A DNA stretch of 56,803 bases, from assembly GCA_023140385.1 (NCBI GenBank), contig JAGLLT010000015.1, forward strand, positions 1 to 56,803. Direction: 5' to 3'. The stretch comes from Candidatus Omnitrophota bacterium. GTDB lineage: Bacteria > Omnitrophota > Gorgyraeia > JAGLLT01. Under the pieces are notes generated by a model. That model was not told where the DNA came from, did no database searches, and saw nothing but the letters and a program-made list of their open reading frames with translations. The position numbers and the translations under genes were made by a program. Shown here in pieces: positions 45,947-55,540 of this stretch. The number at the start of each line of letters is the position of its first letter. Position 1 is the first letter of the stretch.

Positions 45947-46095
45947 TTCTAAGCACTAAACACGAAATGCTAAACAATATCAAAATCCAAATAACCAAAA
46001 CTCAAAACAATGATATATAAAAAGTATTTTGTTTAGAATATTTGAATTTAGAATTTTGAATTTGTTTAGGATTTAGATATTCGGATTTGGGATTT
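45947..46095. repeat. Imperfect long palindromic intergenic repeat, copy 1 (A/C-rich arm followed by complementary G/T-rich arm)
   Basis: The left arm is rich in CTAAAC/CAAAA words and the right arm in GTTTAG/TTTTG words. It shares the exact 16-mer TTTTGAATTTGTTTAG (46053-46068) with copy 2 (52290-52305). Confidence 0.7.
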
Positions 46096-46142
46096 TTCAG
46101 AGAAAACAAGGGGTAAAAAACTTCTAACTTCTGATATACAAA

Positions 46143-47075
46143 ATGTCAAAAAAGCAGATAATATTTATAGTAGGTCCCACCGCCAGCGGCAAATCTGAAG
46201 TCGCGGTAATACTTGCCAAAAAAATAAATGCCGAAATTATATCCTGTGATTCAATGCAGGTATATAGGGGCATGGATATCGGAACTTCTAAAATAAAAAA
46301 AAATGAAACACGGGGCATAACGCATCATTTGATTGATGTTATTGAGCCTAATGAAGAGTTTAATGTAGCTATCTTTAGGGATAAGGTTAATAGCTTAATT
46401 GATAAAATTCATAGAGAAGGCGGGGTGCCTCTTCTGGTTGGCGGCAGTGGACTGTATATGAAGATACTGCTTGACGGGATATTCGATGGAGCGGGGGAGA
46501 TTAAGGGTTTTAGGAAGAAGATAGAAGAAGAGGCGCGCAATAAGCCGGATGATTATCTTTACCAAAAATTAAAAGAAGTTGATCCTCCGACGGCTGACAG
46601 CCTCCATCCAAAGGACAGGCGCAGGATTATACGCGCTCTTGAAGTCTACTATCATATGGGTATGCCTATCTCGGAAGCAAAGGAAAAAAGAAAAGGGCTT
46701 TGGGAGAAGTACAGTGTTTTAATATTCGGCCTGGCGTATGATAGGCAGGCGCTTTATAAAAGGATTAACAAGAGAGTTGACTTTATGTTTGAAAAAGGCC
46801 TGCTTGATGAAGTGAAAAATTTAGTTGATAAGTTTAAATTGAGCCGGACGGCAAAAAATGCCTTGGGCTGTAAGGAGCTAATAGGGTTTTTGGAAGGTGA
46901 GTATAGTTTGGATGAGGCCAGACGGCTGATAAAAAGAAATACCCGGCGCTATGCCAAACGCCAGCTTACCTGGTTTAAAAAGGAGCCGAGGATAGAGTGG
47001 ATAACTGTTAATGAAGGTGAAAGCTGTGAGGGGATTGCCGCCGGAATATATGCTAAGGTGAAAAGTGAAATATAA
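46143..47075 (+). CDS. miaA: tRNA dimethylallyltransferase
   Basis: P-loop GPTASGKS, DSMQVYRGMDIGT, HHLID. Confidence 0.9.
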   Translation: MSKKQIIFIVGPTASGKSEVAVILAKKINAEIISCDSMQVYRGMDIGTSKIKKNETRGITHHLIDVIEPNEEFNVAIFRDKVNSLIDKIHREGGVPLLVGGSGLYMKILLDGIFDGAGEIKGFRKKIEEEARNKPDDYLYQKLKEVDPPTADSLHPKDRRRIIRALEVYYHMGMPISEAKEKRKGLWEKYSVLIFGLAYDRQALYKRINKRVDFMFEKGLLDEVKNLVDKFKLSRTAKNALGCKELIGFLEGEYSLDEARRLIKRNTRRYAKRQLTWFKKEPRIEWITVNEGESCEGIAAGIYAKVKSEI

Positions 47076-48336
47076 AGAAAAAGCTGTTTTGGCTGTACTT
47101 GATACGGGCAAAAGTGGTGACTGGCCGGCCGAAGAGCTTATGGGGGAGCTAAAGGCATTGGCTCTTTCGTGCGGGGCGGAAATTGCGGGAAAGGTAATAG
47201 CCAGGAGAGATAAGCCGGATCCGGCCTACTTTTTTGGAAAGGGCAAAGCTCAGGAGACAGGGCTGCTGGCCGCTGAAATGGAAGCCGATATTGTTATCTT
47301 TAACGAGGATCTATCAGCCGCGCAAAAAGGCAGCCTGGAAAGGATTATTAATGCCCGGGTTATTGACAGGACAGAGCTTATTCTGGACATCTTTGCTGAA
47401 AGAGCGAAAAGCATTGAAGGTAAGGTTCAGGTGGAACTGGCTCAGTTGCAGTACCTTTTGCCGAGGCTGGCAGGGAAAGGTGATGAGTTATCGCGGCTGG
47501 GCGGAGGCATTGGAACGAGGGGGCCCGGGGAACAGAAGCTGGAGGTAGACAGGCGGAGAATTCAAAAGAGAATATCAAAGCTTAAAAAAGATTTAAAAAA
47601 GATTGAAAAGCGCAGGCAAAACCTGAGAGACAGAAGAAAGCGGAACCATATATCAACTATAGCCCTTGTCGGCTATACTAACTCCGGTAAGTCCACACTT
47701 TTAAACGCTCTAACAACCTCAAATCAAATTGCCCGGGACAAACTTTTTAGTACGCTTGATCCAAAAGTTAAAAAACTCATCCTGCCTAACAAGCAGAGTG
47801 TGCTTATGGCCGATACAGTAGGTTTTTTGCATAATTTGCCGCATCATTTAATAGAGTCTTTTAAGGCCACCCTGGAGGAGGCGATTGAAGCGGATATCCT
47901 GCTTCATATATTGGACGCCAGCAGTCCCAGAGCTAAAGAACTTAAAGAGTCTGTTTATAATGTACTGGGTGAACTAAAGGTGCTGGATAAGCCTATTATT
48001 ACCGTTTTGAATAAGATAGATAAAGCCGCGTCAAAAGGTATGGTTGACAGTTTTATAAAAAGCAGAGATAATTGTGTCAGGGTTAGCGCCCTTTATAAAG
48101 AAAATTTAGACGAGTTACTTCATATAATTGAGCAAAGCCTCGCAGGCCTAAGGACTTATATTAAACTGTTAATTCCCCATCAAAAGATGTCCCTTATAGA
48201 CCTCATTTATAAAGATGGCAAAGTGATAAAGAAGGAGTACGGCCCCAAAGGCGTGTATCTGGAAGCGGATGTGTCAGTTGTTCTGGCTGAAAAGCTGAAA
48301 AAAATGGTTTCCAAAAGCATACATTGCCATCCATAA
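47065..48336 (+). CDS. hflX: GTPase HflX
   Basis: HflX N-terminal domain (ELILDIFAERA, LQYLLPRL, GPGE), G1 GYTNSGKST, DTVGF, NKID. Confidence 0.9.
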   Translation: MKYKEKAVLAVLDTGKSGDWPAEELMGELKALALSCGAEIAGKVIARRDKPDPAYFFGKGKAQETGLLAAEMEADIVIFNEDLSAAQKGSLERIINARVIDRTELILDIFAERAKSIEGKVQVELAQLQYLLPRLAGKGDELSRLGGGIGTRGPGEQKLEVDRRRIQKRISKLKKDLKKIEKRRQNLRDRRKRNHISTIALVGYTNSGKSTLLNALTTSNQIARDKLFSTLDPKVKKLILPNKQSVLMADTVGFLHNLPHHLIESFKATLEEAIEADILLHILDASSPRAKELKESVYNVLGELKVLDKPIITVLNKIDKAASKGMVDSFIKSRDNCVRVSALYKENLDELLHIIEQSLAGLRTYIKLLIPHQKMSLIDLIYKDGKVIKKEYGPKGVYLEADVSVVLAEKLKKMVSKSIHCHP

Positions 48337-48395
48337 GTTGAATTTGAGCAATAAGAGTTATAATGCACCATAATGATAAAAATGCAATAAAGTGC

Positions 48396-48426
48396 TTGAC
48401 AAATTTTTGGCATATGATATTATAAT
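48396..48426 (+). promoter_or_regulatory. Sigma70-type promoter of the hrcA-grpE-dnaK-dnaJ operon
   Basis: TTGACA at 48396-48401. -10 candidates are TATTAT (48418-48423, 16-nt spacer) or TATAAT (48421-48426, 19-nt spacer). Confidence 0.6.
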
Positions 48427-48452
48427 TAGCACTCTAACCAATAGAGTGCTAA
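48426..48452. promoter_or_regulatory. CIRCE operator (HrcA binding site)
   Basis: Perfect TTAGCACTC-N9-GAGTGCTAA inverted repeat, directly overlapping the -10 region and 26 nt upstream of hrcA. Confidence 0.95.
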
Positions 48453-48477
48453 TTTTTTTAATGGGAGAAGGAAAGAA

Positions 48478-49566
48478 ATGGATGTAAGTGCTTCTAATAA
48501 AAGAAGAAGCAGAATTTTAGGGGCTTTAACTCATTTATATATTCAGAGTGCCAGGCCTGTTAGCTCACAGCTTATTAAGGAGGAGTATAGTCTTTCAATA
48601 AGTACGGCAACTATCAGAAGCATTATGGCTGAACTTGAAGACGCGGGTTATATTGTACAGACTCATACTTCATCCGGCCGGGTGCCGACCGATAGAGGGT
48701 ATAGGTTTTATATTGACTCACTTATGAAACAGAAGGGGTTGAGTTTTGAAGAAAAGCAAAGCATAAAGAATGACTGCTGTACCGCGTCTGAGCTCGCGGA
48801 AGACACTATTAATAAGGTGTCTCGCGTTCTTTCCGAAGTAAGCAACGAGGTTGGAATAAACTTATTTTTTAAGTTTAAAGAAGATTCTTTGAAGTGCGTT
48901 GAGTTAATCAATCTTGGTTCAGGAAAAGTTCTTTTGGTGTTGGTTACTGAATCGGGAATAATCAGAAACTATCTTATCAAGCTTGATGAGCCGGTGGAAA
49001 CCAGTGAACTGCATAGGATTTCAAATTTTTTAAACACCCACTTGCAAGGGGTGGCGTTATCTGAGATTAAACAGAAGCTTTACGGCTGTTTGGAGAGGGA
49101 TAATTTATCGCTTTTATATCTGGCGCGGGAAGCCTGCGGTATTTTCGATGCCCTTGAAGTGGACAATATCTTTGAAAACGAGTGCCAGATTTGCCAGGAA
49201 GGTATAAACTATATTCTAAAAAAACCTGAGTTCAACGATATTGACAAACTGAGAGCCATACTTGGTGTTTTAGAGGATAAGCAGACGATTGAGAAAATTT
49301 TAAAAAGCAATCTGAGGCCTTATAAAAAGGTTATGGTAACCATCGGTAAAGAAAATAAACTTGAAAACCTGCATAACTGCAGTTTGGTTACCTCTAAGTA
49401 TAAAATCGGTAATAGGGTAGTCGGGGTTTTGGGTCTTCTGGGCCCAACAAGAATGGCTTACTCTAAGTTGCTGCCCTTGGTGGAGTATATGTCTGATATT
49501 TTATCTGAAGCTTTAAGCGGGCATAGTCTTGACGGGAGATATGAGGAAGGATATGATGAAGCATAA
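48478..49566 (+). CDS. hrcA: Heat-inducible transcription repressor HrcA
   Basis: Winged-helix N-terminus (R-ILGALTHLYIQSARPVSSQ, IRSIMAELEDAGYI...HTSSGRVPTD-GYRFY). CIRCE lies upstream and grpE downstream. Confidence 0.9.
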   Translation: MDVSASNKRRSRILGALTHLYIQSARPVSSQLIKEEYSLSISTATIRSIMAELEDAGYIVQTHTSSGRVPTDRGYRFYIDSLMKQKGLSFEEKQSIKNDCCTASELAEDTINKVSRVLSEVSNEVGINLFFKFKEDSLKCVELINLGSGKVLLVLVTESGIIRNYLIKLDEPVETSELHRISNFLNTHLQGVALSEIKQKLYGCLERDNLSLLYLAREACGIFDALEVDNIFENECQICQEGINYILKKPEFNDIDKLRAILGVLEDKQTIEKILKSNLRPYKKVMVTIGKENKLENLHNCSLVTSKYKIGNRVVGVLGLLGPTRMAYSKLLPLVEYMSDILSEALSGHSLDGRYEEGYDEA

Positions 49567-50125
49567 ATCTAAGAAAAGGCATGAAGGTAAGGTAGAGGCT
49601 GAGGAAGAAAAAAAGGGCAAGGCGGAAAGCGGCCGCGTTACAATTTCTAAAAAAGAGTACGAAGAACTTAAAGAGAAGCTTAAGCAGGCTGATGAGCGTT
49701 TCGAAATGCTGGCCGGAGCTAAGGCTGAATTTGAAAACGCGAAAAAGCGCGCTGAGAGAGAAAAAATCGAGTTTGTTAAATTTGCCAATGATGATTTGAT
49801 TTCTAAGCTCCTGCCTGTTTTAGACAACTTCAGGCGGGCGGTAGAGGCAAGCTGTGAGAACCACAGTGTTGAAGACGTCCTTGCCGGTATAAAGTTAATC
49901 GATAAGCAGTTTGAGGATACTCTGAAAGACTTTGGCTTGACGCTTATTGACGCGCTTGGTACAAAATTTGACCCGCACTGTCAGGATGCTGTGGGTTACG
50001 AAGATACGGATAAGTATGAAGACGGAGTGGTAACGGAAGAGCTTCAGAAGGGTTACTTATTAAACGGCAGGCTTTTAAGGCCGGCTATGGTGAAGGTAGC
50101 TAAAAAAATAGCGGATAGCACATAG
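49529..50125 (+). CDS. grpE: Nucleotide exchange factor GrpE (start uncertain: 49529, 49553 or 49556)
   Basis: Charged N-terminal coiled coil, FENAKKRAEREK, LLPVLDNF, and a C-terminal beta domain ...GYLLNGRLLRPAMVKV. Confidence 0.9.
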   Translation: MTGDMRKDMMKHKSKKRHEGKVEAEEEKKGKAESGRVTISKKEYEELKEKLKQADERFEMLAGAKAEFENAKKRAEREKIEFVKFANDDLISKLLPVLDNFRRAVEASCENHSVEDVLAGIKLIDKQFEDTLKDFGLTLIDALGTKFDPHCQDAVGYEDTDKYEDGVVTEELQKGYLLNGRLLRPAMVKVAKKIADST

Positions 50126-50184
50126 CGTGTAGCGTATAGAAAAAATAAAAGGTTTCAACTAAACACTAAAGCGGGGGTAGAGAC

Positions 50185-52167
50185 ATGGCTAAAGCGATTG
50201 GAATTGATTTAGGGACTACTAATTCTTGTGTGGCTGTGATGGAGGGCGGTGAGCCCAAGGTTATCGCTAATGTTGAGGGTATGAGGACTACACCCAGTGT
50301 AGTCGGTTTTACCAAGGATGGTGAGAGGCTGGTCGGACAGCCGGCAAAACGCCAGGCGGTTACCAACCCTGAAAATACAGTATTTTCCATCAAGAGGTTT
50401 ATGGGCAGGTCTCACAGTGAAGTTAGGGAAGAAGAGAAGATGATTCCCTATAATATTGAAGGCGGAGCTAATGAAAGCATTATAGTCAGAACGGGCGAGA
50501 AGTCTTATACTCCTCCGGAAATATCGGCGATGATACTTCAAAAGCTGAAAGAAACCGCGGAGAGTTATTTAGGAGAAAAAGTAACGCAGGCGGTCATTAC
50601 TATTCCGGCGTACTTTAACAGTTCTCAGCGTCAGGCAACAGAGGACGCGGGCAAAATTGCCGGCCTCGAGGTTTTGCGTATAATTAATGAGCCGACCGCG
50701 GCCAGCCTTGCCTACGGCCTTCAGAAAAAGAAGAGTGAAAAAATTGCCATCTATGATTTAGGAGGCGGTACCTTTGATATTTCGATTTTAGAGGTGGGAG
50801 AAGGAGATAAGGATCAATGGGTAATTGAGGTTAAGGCTACCAATGGCGATACGCATTTAGGCGGTGATAACTTTGACCAAAAAATAGTTAACTGGATAGC
50901 GGATGAGTTTAAAGCCCAACAGAGTATAGATTTAAGAAATGATAAAATGGCGCTTCAGAGATTAAAAGAAGCGGCCGAGAAGGCTAAGTGCGAACTGTCT
51001 TCAAATTTGAAAACAGAGATTAATCTGCCTTTTATTACAGCTGACCAATCCGGCCCTAAGCATTTGGTAATGACTTTGACCAGGGCTAAGCTGGAGCAGT
51101 TAGTCGATGATTTAGTGCAGAGAACAATAGCTCCCTGCAAGCAGGCTCTCAAGGATTCGGGCTTTGACGCCGGCGACATTAATGAAGTAATTTTAGTCGG
51201 CGGCCAGACAAGAATGCCTAAGGTTCAGGAGCTGGTAAAAGAGCTTTTTGGAAAAGAGCCCCACAAAGGCGTCAATCCTGATGAAGTTGTGGCAATAGGT
51301 GCCGCTATTCAGGCGGGTATTCTTACGGGGGAAAGCAAGGCCAATGATGTTTTGCTTTTGGATGTAACGCCGCTTTCTCTGGGTATTGAAACCTTGGGAG
51401 GCGTATTTACTAAACTAATTGAGAAAAATACCACCATTCCGACTAAGAAGAGCCAGGTTTTCTCAACCGCCGCCGATAATCAGCCCTCGGTAACTATCAG
51501 GGTTTTGCAGGGTGAGCGCGGCATGGCAAGCGGCAATATAGAACTCGGAAGGTTTGACCTGGTAGGTATTCCTCCGGCACCACGCGGTATTCCACAGATA
51601 GAAGTTGCCTTTGATATTGACACTAATGGTATTGTCTCTGTCAACGCTAAGGATTTAGGCACGGGTAAGGAGCAGTCGGTGAAGATTACGGCTCCTAAGA
51701 AATTGTCTGAGGAAGAAATTGAAAGGATGGTGAAAGAGGCGGAGGCTCATGCTGAGGAAGATAAAAAGAAAAAGAAAGAGGTTGAAATAAAAAATCAGGC
51801 TGATACCCTCGTTTACGCCACCGAAAAGTCACTTAAGGATTATGGGGACAAAATAGACGCCAAAGAGAAGGAAAACATCCAGAAGAAGCTTGATGACTTT
51901 AAGAAGTTACTTGAGACGGAAAAAGATGCTGAAAAGATTAAGACGGCGATGGAAGATTTAAGCAAGGCGTCTCATAAACTGGCTGAAGAGATATATAAAG
52001 AGGCCCAGGCAAAGCAGCAGCAGGCGCAGAAGGAGGCGCAGCAGCAGAAGCCGGAGACCCCCGAAGGACAGAAGGCGGACGCCGCGGGACAGGCGGAAGA
52101 GAAAAAAGATGAAGATATAGTTGACGCTGATTACAAAGTTGAAGACGAAGATAAGGAGAAAAAATAA
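50185..52167 (+). CDS. dnaK: Molecular chaperone DnaK (Hsp70)
   Basis: [35 protein letters not shown], and an acidic C-terminal tail. Confidence 0.97.
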   Translation: MAKAIGIDLGTTNSCVAVMEGGEPKVIANVEGMRTTPSVVGFTKDGERLVGQPAKRQAVTNPENTVFSIKRFMGRSHSEVREEEKMIPYNIEGGANESIIVRTGEKSYTPPEISAMILQKLKETAESYLGEKVTQAVITIPAYFNSSQRQATEDAGKIAGLEVLRIINEPTAASLAYGLQKKKSEKIAIYDLGGGTFDISILEVGEGDKDQWVIEVKATNGDTHLGGDNFDQKIVNWIADEFKAQQSIDLRNDKMALQRLKEAAEKAKCELSSNLKTEINLPFITADQSGPKHLVMTLTRAKLEQLVDDLVQRTIAPCKQALKDSGFDAGDINEVILVGGQTRMPKVQELVKELFGKEPHKGVNPDEVVAIGAAIQAGILTGESKANDVLLLDVTPLSLGIETLGGVFTKLIEKNTTIPTKKSQVFSTAADNQPSVTIRVLQGERGMASGNIELGRFDLVGIPPAPRGIPQIEVAFDIDTNGIVSVNAKDLGTGKEQSVKITAPKKLSEEEIERMVKEAEAHAEEDKKKKKEVEIKNQADTLVYATEKSLKDYGDKIDAKEKENIQKKLDDFKKLLETEKDAEKIKTAMEDLSKASHKLAEEIYKEAQAKQQQAQKEAQQQKPETPEGQKADAAGQAEEKKDEDIVDADYKVEDEDKEKK

Positions 52168-52333
52168 AACCCTAAATCCGAAATCCCTGCCTGACGGTAG
52201 GCAGGCTAAACTCTAAACAAGACCAAATGACCAAAATGCGAAACCCAAAACAAAAAATAGAGTGATGTTTTAAACATTTGGATTTTGAGTTTTGAATTTG
52301 TTTAGAATTTAGAGTTTAGTATTTAGAGTTTTT
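52168..52333. repeat. Imperfect long palindromic intergenic repeat, copy 2, filling the dnaK-dnaJ spacer
   Basis: Same word composition and the same 16-mer as copy 1. It contains a nested 7-bp GC-rich hairpin, CCTGCCT-N6-AGGCAGG, at 52186-52205. Confidence 0.7.
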
Positions 52334-52344
52334 ACGGTATTGCA

Positions 52345-53508
52345 ATGGCTAAACAAGACTATTACGAAATATTAGGTGCTTCAAAAAGCGCTTCGCAGGA
52401 TGAAATTAAAAAGGCCTATCGCAGGTTGGCCCTCAAGCATCATCCCGACAGGAACACAACTAATAAAAAAGAGGCTGAAGATAAGTTTAAAGAAATATCC
52501 GAGGCCTACGAGGTTTTAAGCGATTCTCAAAAAAGGGCCAGATATGACCAATTTGGCCACGAGGGAATAAGGAGTGAGTTTGGCGGCGGCGGCTTTAACT
52601 GGCAGAACTTTACTCATTTTGAAGACTTAGAGGATATTTTAGGCGGCTTTGGGGGGCTGGGCGACATCTTCGAGAGTTTTGGCATTAATACGGGCTTTTC
52701 TTCTTCCAGAGGTTCGCGGAGAGGCGGGCCTCAGGCAGGTTCAAGTATTCGTTATGAAATAAGTATTACTCTGGAGGAGGTTGCCAGCGGGACGGATAAA
52801 GTCTTCTCGGTTAAGAGAGAGGAAGTCTGTGATGTTTGCCGGGGCTCCGGAGCAAAATCGGGCACAAAGAAAGAAACTTGTCCCGGTTGTAACGGCAGCG
52901 GCCAGATAAGATTCAGTCAGGGTTTTTTCAGTATTTCAAGAACCTGTGAAAACTGCCGCGGCAGCGGGGAGATAATTAAAGAACCTTGTGAGGCCTGCCG
53001 GGGGAATGGACGTGTCCTTAAGAAAAAAAAGATTGAGGTGCATATTCCCAAGGGCGTTGAAGACGGAATCACCCTAAGGCTGAGCGGAGAAGGCAGCGCG
53101 GGGGTAGAAGGTGGAAGGCGGGGAGACTTATATCTCTTAATAAGAGTTAATCCGCACGAGATATTTGTCCGTCGGCAGAACGACATTGTTGTGGAGATTC
53201 CGATTAGTTTTACGCAGGCCGCCCTGGGCGCTGAAATTATAGTGCCTACCCTGTGGGGCAAAGTAAAGATGAAGGTACCTGAAGGTACGCAGTACGGTAA
53301 GACTTTTAGGCTCAAAGGCAAGGGGCTGCCCGGCTTAAGGAGTTACGGTAAAGGAGATGAGCTTGTAATGGTTATTGTTGAGGTGCCGGTTAAGCTGAAT
53401 GAGGGACAAAGGGATGTCCTGAAGAAATTTTCCGAGATGAGGGGAGAGAAGCTCGGACCCTTAGGCAAATCTTTTATGAAACGGTTTAAAAAAGTATTTG
53501 GAGTTTAG
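52345..53508 (+). CDS. dnaJ: Co-chaperone DnaJ (type I)
   Basis: J domain with the HPD motif (KHHPDRN), a G/F-rich linker, and four CxxCxGxG zinc-finger repeats. Confidence 0.95.
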   Translation: MAKQDYYEILGASKSASQDEIKKAYRRLALKHHPDRNTTNKKEAEDKFKEISEAYEVLSDSQKRARYDQFGHEGIRSEFGGGGFNWQNFTHFEDLEDILGGFGGLGDIFESFGINTGFSSSRGSRRGGPQAGSSIRYEISITLEEVASGTDKVFSVKREEVCDVCRGSGAKSGTKKETCPGCNGSGQIRFSQGFFSISRTCENCRGSGEIIKEPCEACRGNGRVLKKKKIEVHIPKGVEDGITLRLSGEGSAGVEGGRRGDLYLLIRVNPHEIFVRRQNDIVVEIPISFTQAALGAEIIVPTLWGKVKMKVPEGTQYGKTFRLKGKGLPGLRSYGKGDELVMVIVEVPVKLNEGQRDVLKKFSEMRGEKLGPLGKSFMKRFKKVFGV

Positions 53509-53510
53509 AA

Positions 53511-53804
53511 ATGCCAACTTATGAGTATGAATGCCAAAAGTGCAAAGACAAATTTGAAAACTTTCAAAGTATGAGCTCTGACCCTTTAAAAAGGTGCAAA
53601 GAGTGTGGTGGAAAACTCAAAAGACTTATCGGAACCGGTGCCGGTATTATATTTAAAGGATCCGGATTTTACGCGACCGATTATAGAAGTTCTGACTATA
53701 AAAGTAAAGAAAAGGCGGAGAAGACTTCAGTTTGTACCTCCTCAAAAAACAACTGTTCTTCCTGTCCTCTTAAAAAAGACAAAAAAAGTGTCAGCAAAGA
53801 TTAA
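53511..53804 (+). CDS. FmdB-family zinc-ribbon protein (CxxC_CxxC_SSSS type)
   Basis: MPTYEYECQKCKDKFE ... CKECGG ... FKGSGFY. Confidence 0.8.
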   Translation: MPTYEYECQKCKDKFENFQSMSSDPLKRCKECGGKLKRLIGTGAGIIFKGSGFYATDYRSSDYKSKEKAEKTSVCTSSKNNCSSCPLKKDKKSVSKD

Positions 53805-54177
53805 ATCCTTTTTTAAATACTGGCTATGGCCGTTCCTGTATACCGGTCTTATTTTTGGTTTTTCTTCACTGCCCCCTTCAGCTCTTCCAAAAATACAAAT
53901 CATCCACTTCGATAAATTCCTGCATTTTATCGAGTACGGCATTTTAGGATATCTTTTGGCCAGGGCTTTTTACGCTACAACTAAATTGGAATACAAAAAT
54001 ATATTATGGTTTATTTTAGCAACTGCTTTTATAATCGCGGCAGCCGATGAAAAATTCCAGTCTTTTATCCCCGGGCGGGATTCAAGCGTCTTTGATCTTA
54101 TTTTTGATATGATGGGAGTGTTATGCGGACTAATCATTTACAGAAAGGCCGGTTATGACAAAAATAAAGCCCTTTAA
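53788..54177 (+). CDS. VanZ-like membrane protein
   Basis: FDKFLHFIEYGILGYLL ... DEKFQSFIPGRDSSVFDLIFDMMGV is a VanZ pattern. The in-frame GTG at 53788 is preferred, because the ORF-track start at 53605 would overlap the FmdB gene by 200 nt. Confidence 0.6.
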   Translation: MSAKIKSFFKYWLWPFLYTGLIFGFSSLPPSALPKIQIIHFDKFLHFIEYGILGYLLARAFYATTKLEYKNILWFILATAFIIAAADEKFQSFIPGRDSSVFDLIFDMMGVLCGLIIYRKAGYDKNKAL

Positions 54178-55450
54178 GGCGGTTATTTATAATAAGGATA
54201 AAGTAAAAAACTTAAATCTGGTTACGGCTCCGCCATATGATGTTATTTCTTTAAAAGAAAGGAACGCGCTTTATAAAAAAAGTCCTTACAATGTAGTTCG
54301 GTTAATTTTAGGCAAAATTTATAAAAGCGATGTTAAGAACAAAAATAGATATACCCGGGCGGCGGCTTTCATGAAATCATGGATAAAAAAGGACATCCTT
54401 CAGAGGGACACTGATGAGGCTATTTATGTTTATTTGCAGGATTTTTATGATCCGCAGACTAAAAAACGAGTAAAGCGCCTCGGCTTTATTGCCTTATTTG
54501 AACTGCAGGACTTTAAGAAAAAAAATATTTATCCTCACGAGTGGACGTTATCTAAGCCTAAGGCTGACCGTTTTGAACTTATTAAGACGGCGTCTTGTAA
54601 TTACAGTCCGGTTTTTTCTCTTTACAGTGATAAAGAAAAAAAGGTTGATAAGTTTCTCGAGAAGGCTCTCAAGACTAAACCATTAATAAAAACTACAGAC
54701 GCCGACAAGACCATTCATGCCATATATGCCTTGAAGAACACTGCGGGTGTCCGGGGTGTCATTAAGTTGATGAATAAGAAAAAGCTCTTTATTGCCGATG
54801 GGCATCATCGCTATGAAACCGCCCTAAACTATAAAAAATATGTCAAGAAGTTAGGTAAAAAAGGTGCCGGTATTAACTCGTCAGCTACCTTGATGTATTT
54901 CACTAATCTTGAAGACGCGGGCCTGAGGATATATCCTATTCAGAGGGCATTAAAAAATATATCCCTCAAGAGATTAGAAAATCTTACTAAAAATTTGCAA
55001 AAATACTTTGAAATCAAAACCGTCAAAGATAAAGGCCGGATGCTAAATGAGGTTTTGGCCACCAAATCTTCAGATTATGTCTTTGGGATGTATTTAAAGA
55101 GGAAATTTTACATTTTGCGCCTGCTTGATAAAAAAACAGTTGGGTTGGCGGCAAAAAGAAAGAAACCTACACGCGTAGACTGCCTTAATGTCAGCCTTTT
55201 GCACAATTTAATTATAAAAGATATGCTGAAAGCTGATTTTGAGGAGGATGCGGCTTATTTGAAAAAGCCGGAGGCTATTATTGAAGAGGTAAATAAGAAG
55301 AAAGACAGAGTTGGCTTTTTTGTTACTGCCATTACGGCTAATGATATTACAGAGGCGGCCCTAAATGGCGAAAGAATGCCCAGAAAAACAACCTATTTTT
55401 ATCCTAAATTATACAGCGGCCTGGTGATAAATAAAATGAGCCGTCCCTGA
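54155..55450 (+). CDS. DUF1015-family protein
   Basis: N-terminus IKPFKAVIYN...V.APPYDVIS and central ADGHHRYETAL are DUF1015 hallmarks. Confidence 0.8.
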   Translation: MTKIKPFKAVIYNKDKVKNLNLVTAPPYDVISLKERNALYKKSPYNVVRLILGKIYKSDVKNKNRYTRAAAFMKSWIKKDILQRDTDEAIYVYLQDFYDPQTKKRVKRLGFIALFELQDFKKKNIYPHEWTLSKPKADRFELIKTASCNYSPVFSLYSDKEKKVDKFLEKALKTKPLIKTTDADKTIHAIYALKNTAGVRGVIKLMNKKKLFIADGHHRYETALNYKKYVKKLGKKGAGINSSATLMYFTNLEDAGLRIYPIQRALKNISLKRLENLTKNLQKYFEIKTVKDKGRMLNEVLATKSSDYVFGMYLKRKFYILRLLDKKTVGLAAKRKKPTRVDCLNVSLLHNLIIKDMLKADFEEDAAYLKKPEAIIEEVNKKKDRVGFFVTAITANDITEAALNGERMPRKTTYFYPKLYSGLVINKMSRP

Positions 55451-55505
55451 TATTAATTGAATTCCGCGGAACTTTGAAAATTCATACAGATTTTCATTAT
55501 AGCTA

Positions 55506-55534
55506 TTGAAAATTAGCGCGGGATGTGCTATAAT
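55506..55534 (+). promoter_or_regulatory. Near-consensus sigma70 promoter with extended -10
   Basis: TTGAAA at 55506-55511, a 17-nt spacer, then TGcTATAAT with TATAAT at 55529-55534. Confidence 0.6.
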
Positions 55535-55540
55535 AGTTGT

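Noticed and set aside
53605-53787. The N-terminal 61 codons of ORF 53605-54177, overlapping the FmdB zinc-ribbon gene in another frame
   Set aside because: The overlap would be 200 nt. The extension is hydrophilic and has no similarity to VanZ proteins. An in-frame GTG at 53788 gives a normal-length VanZ-like protein.
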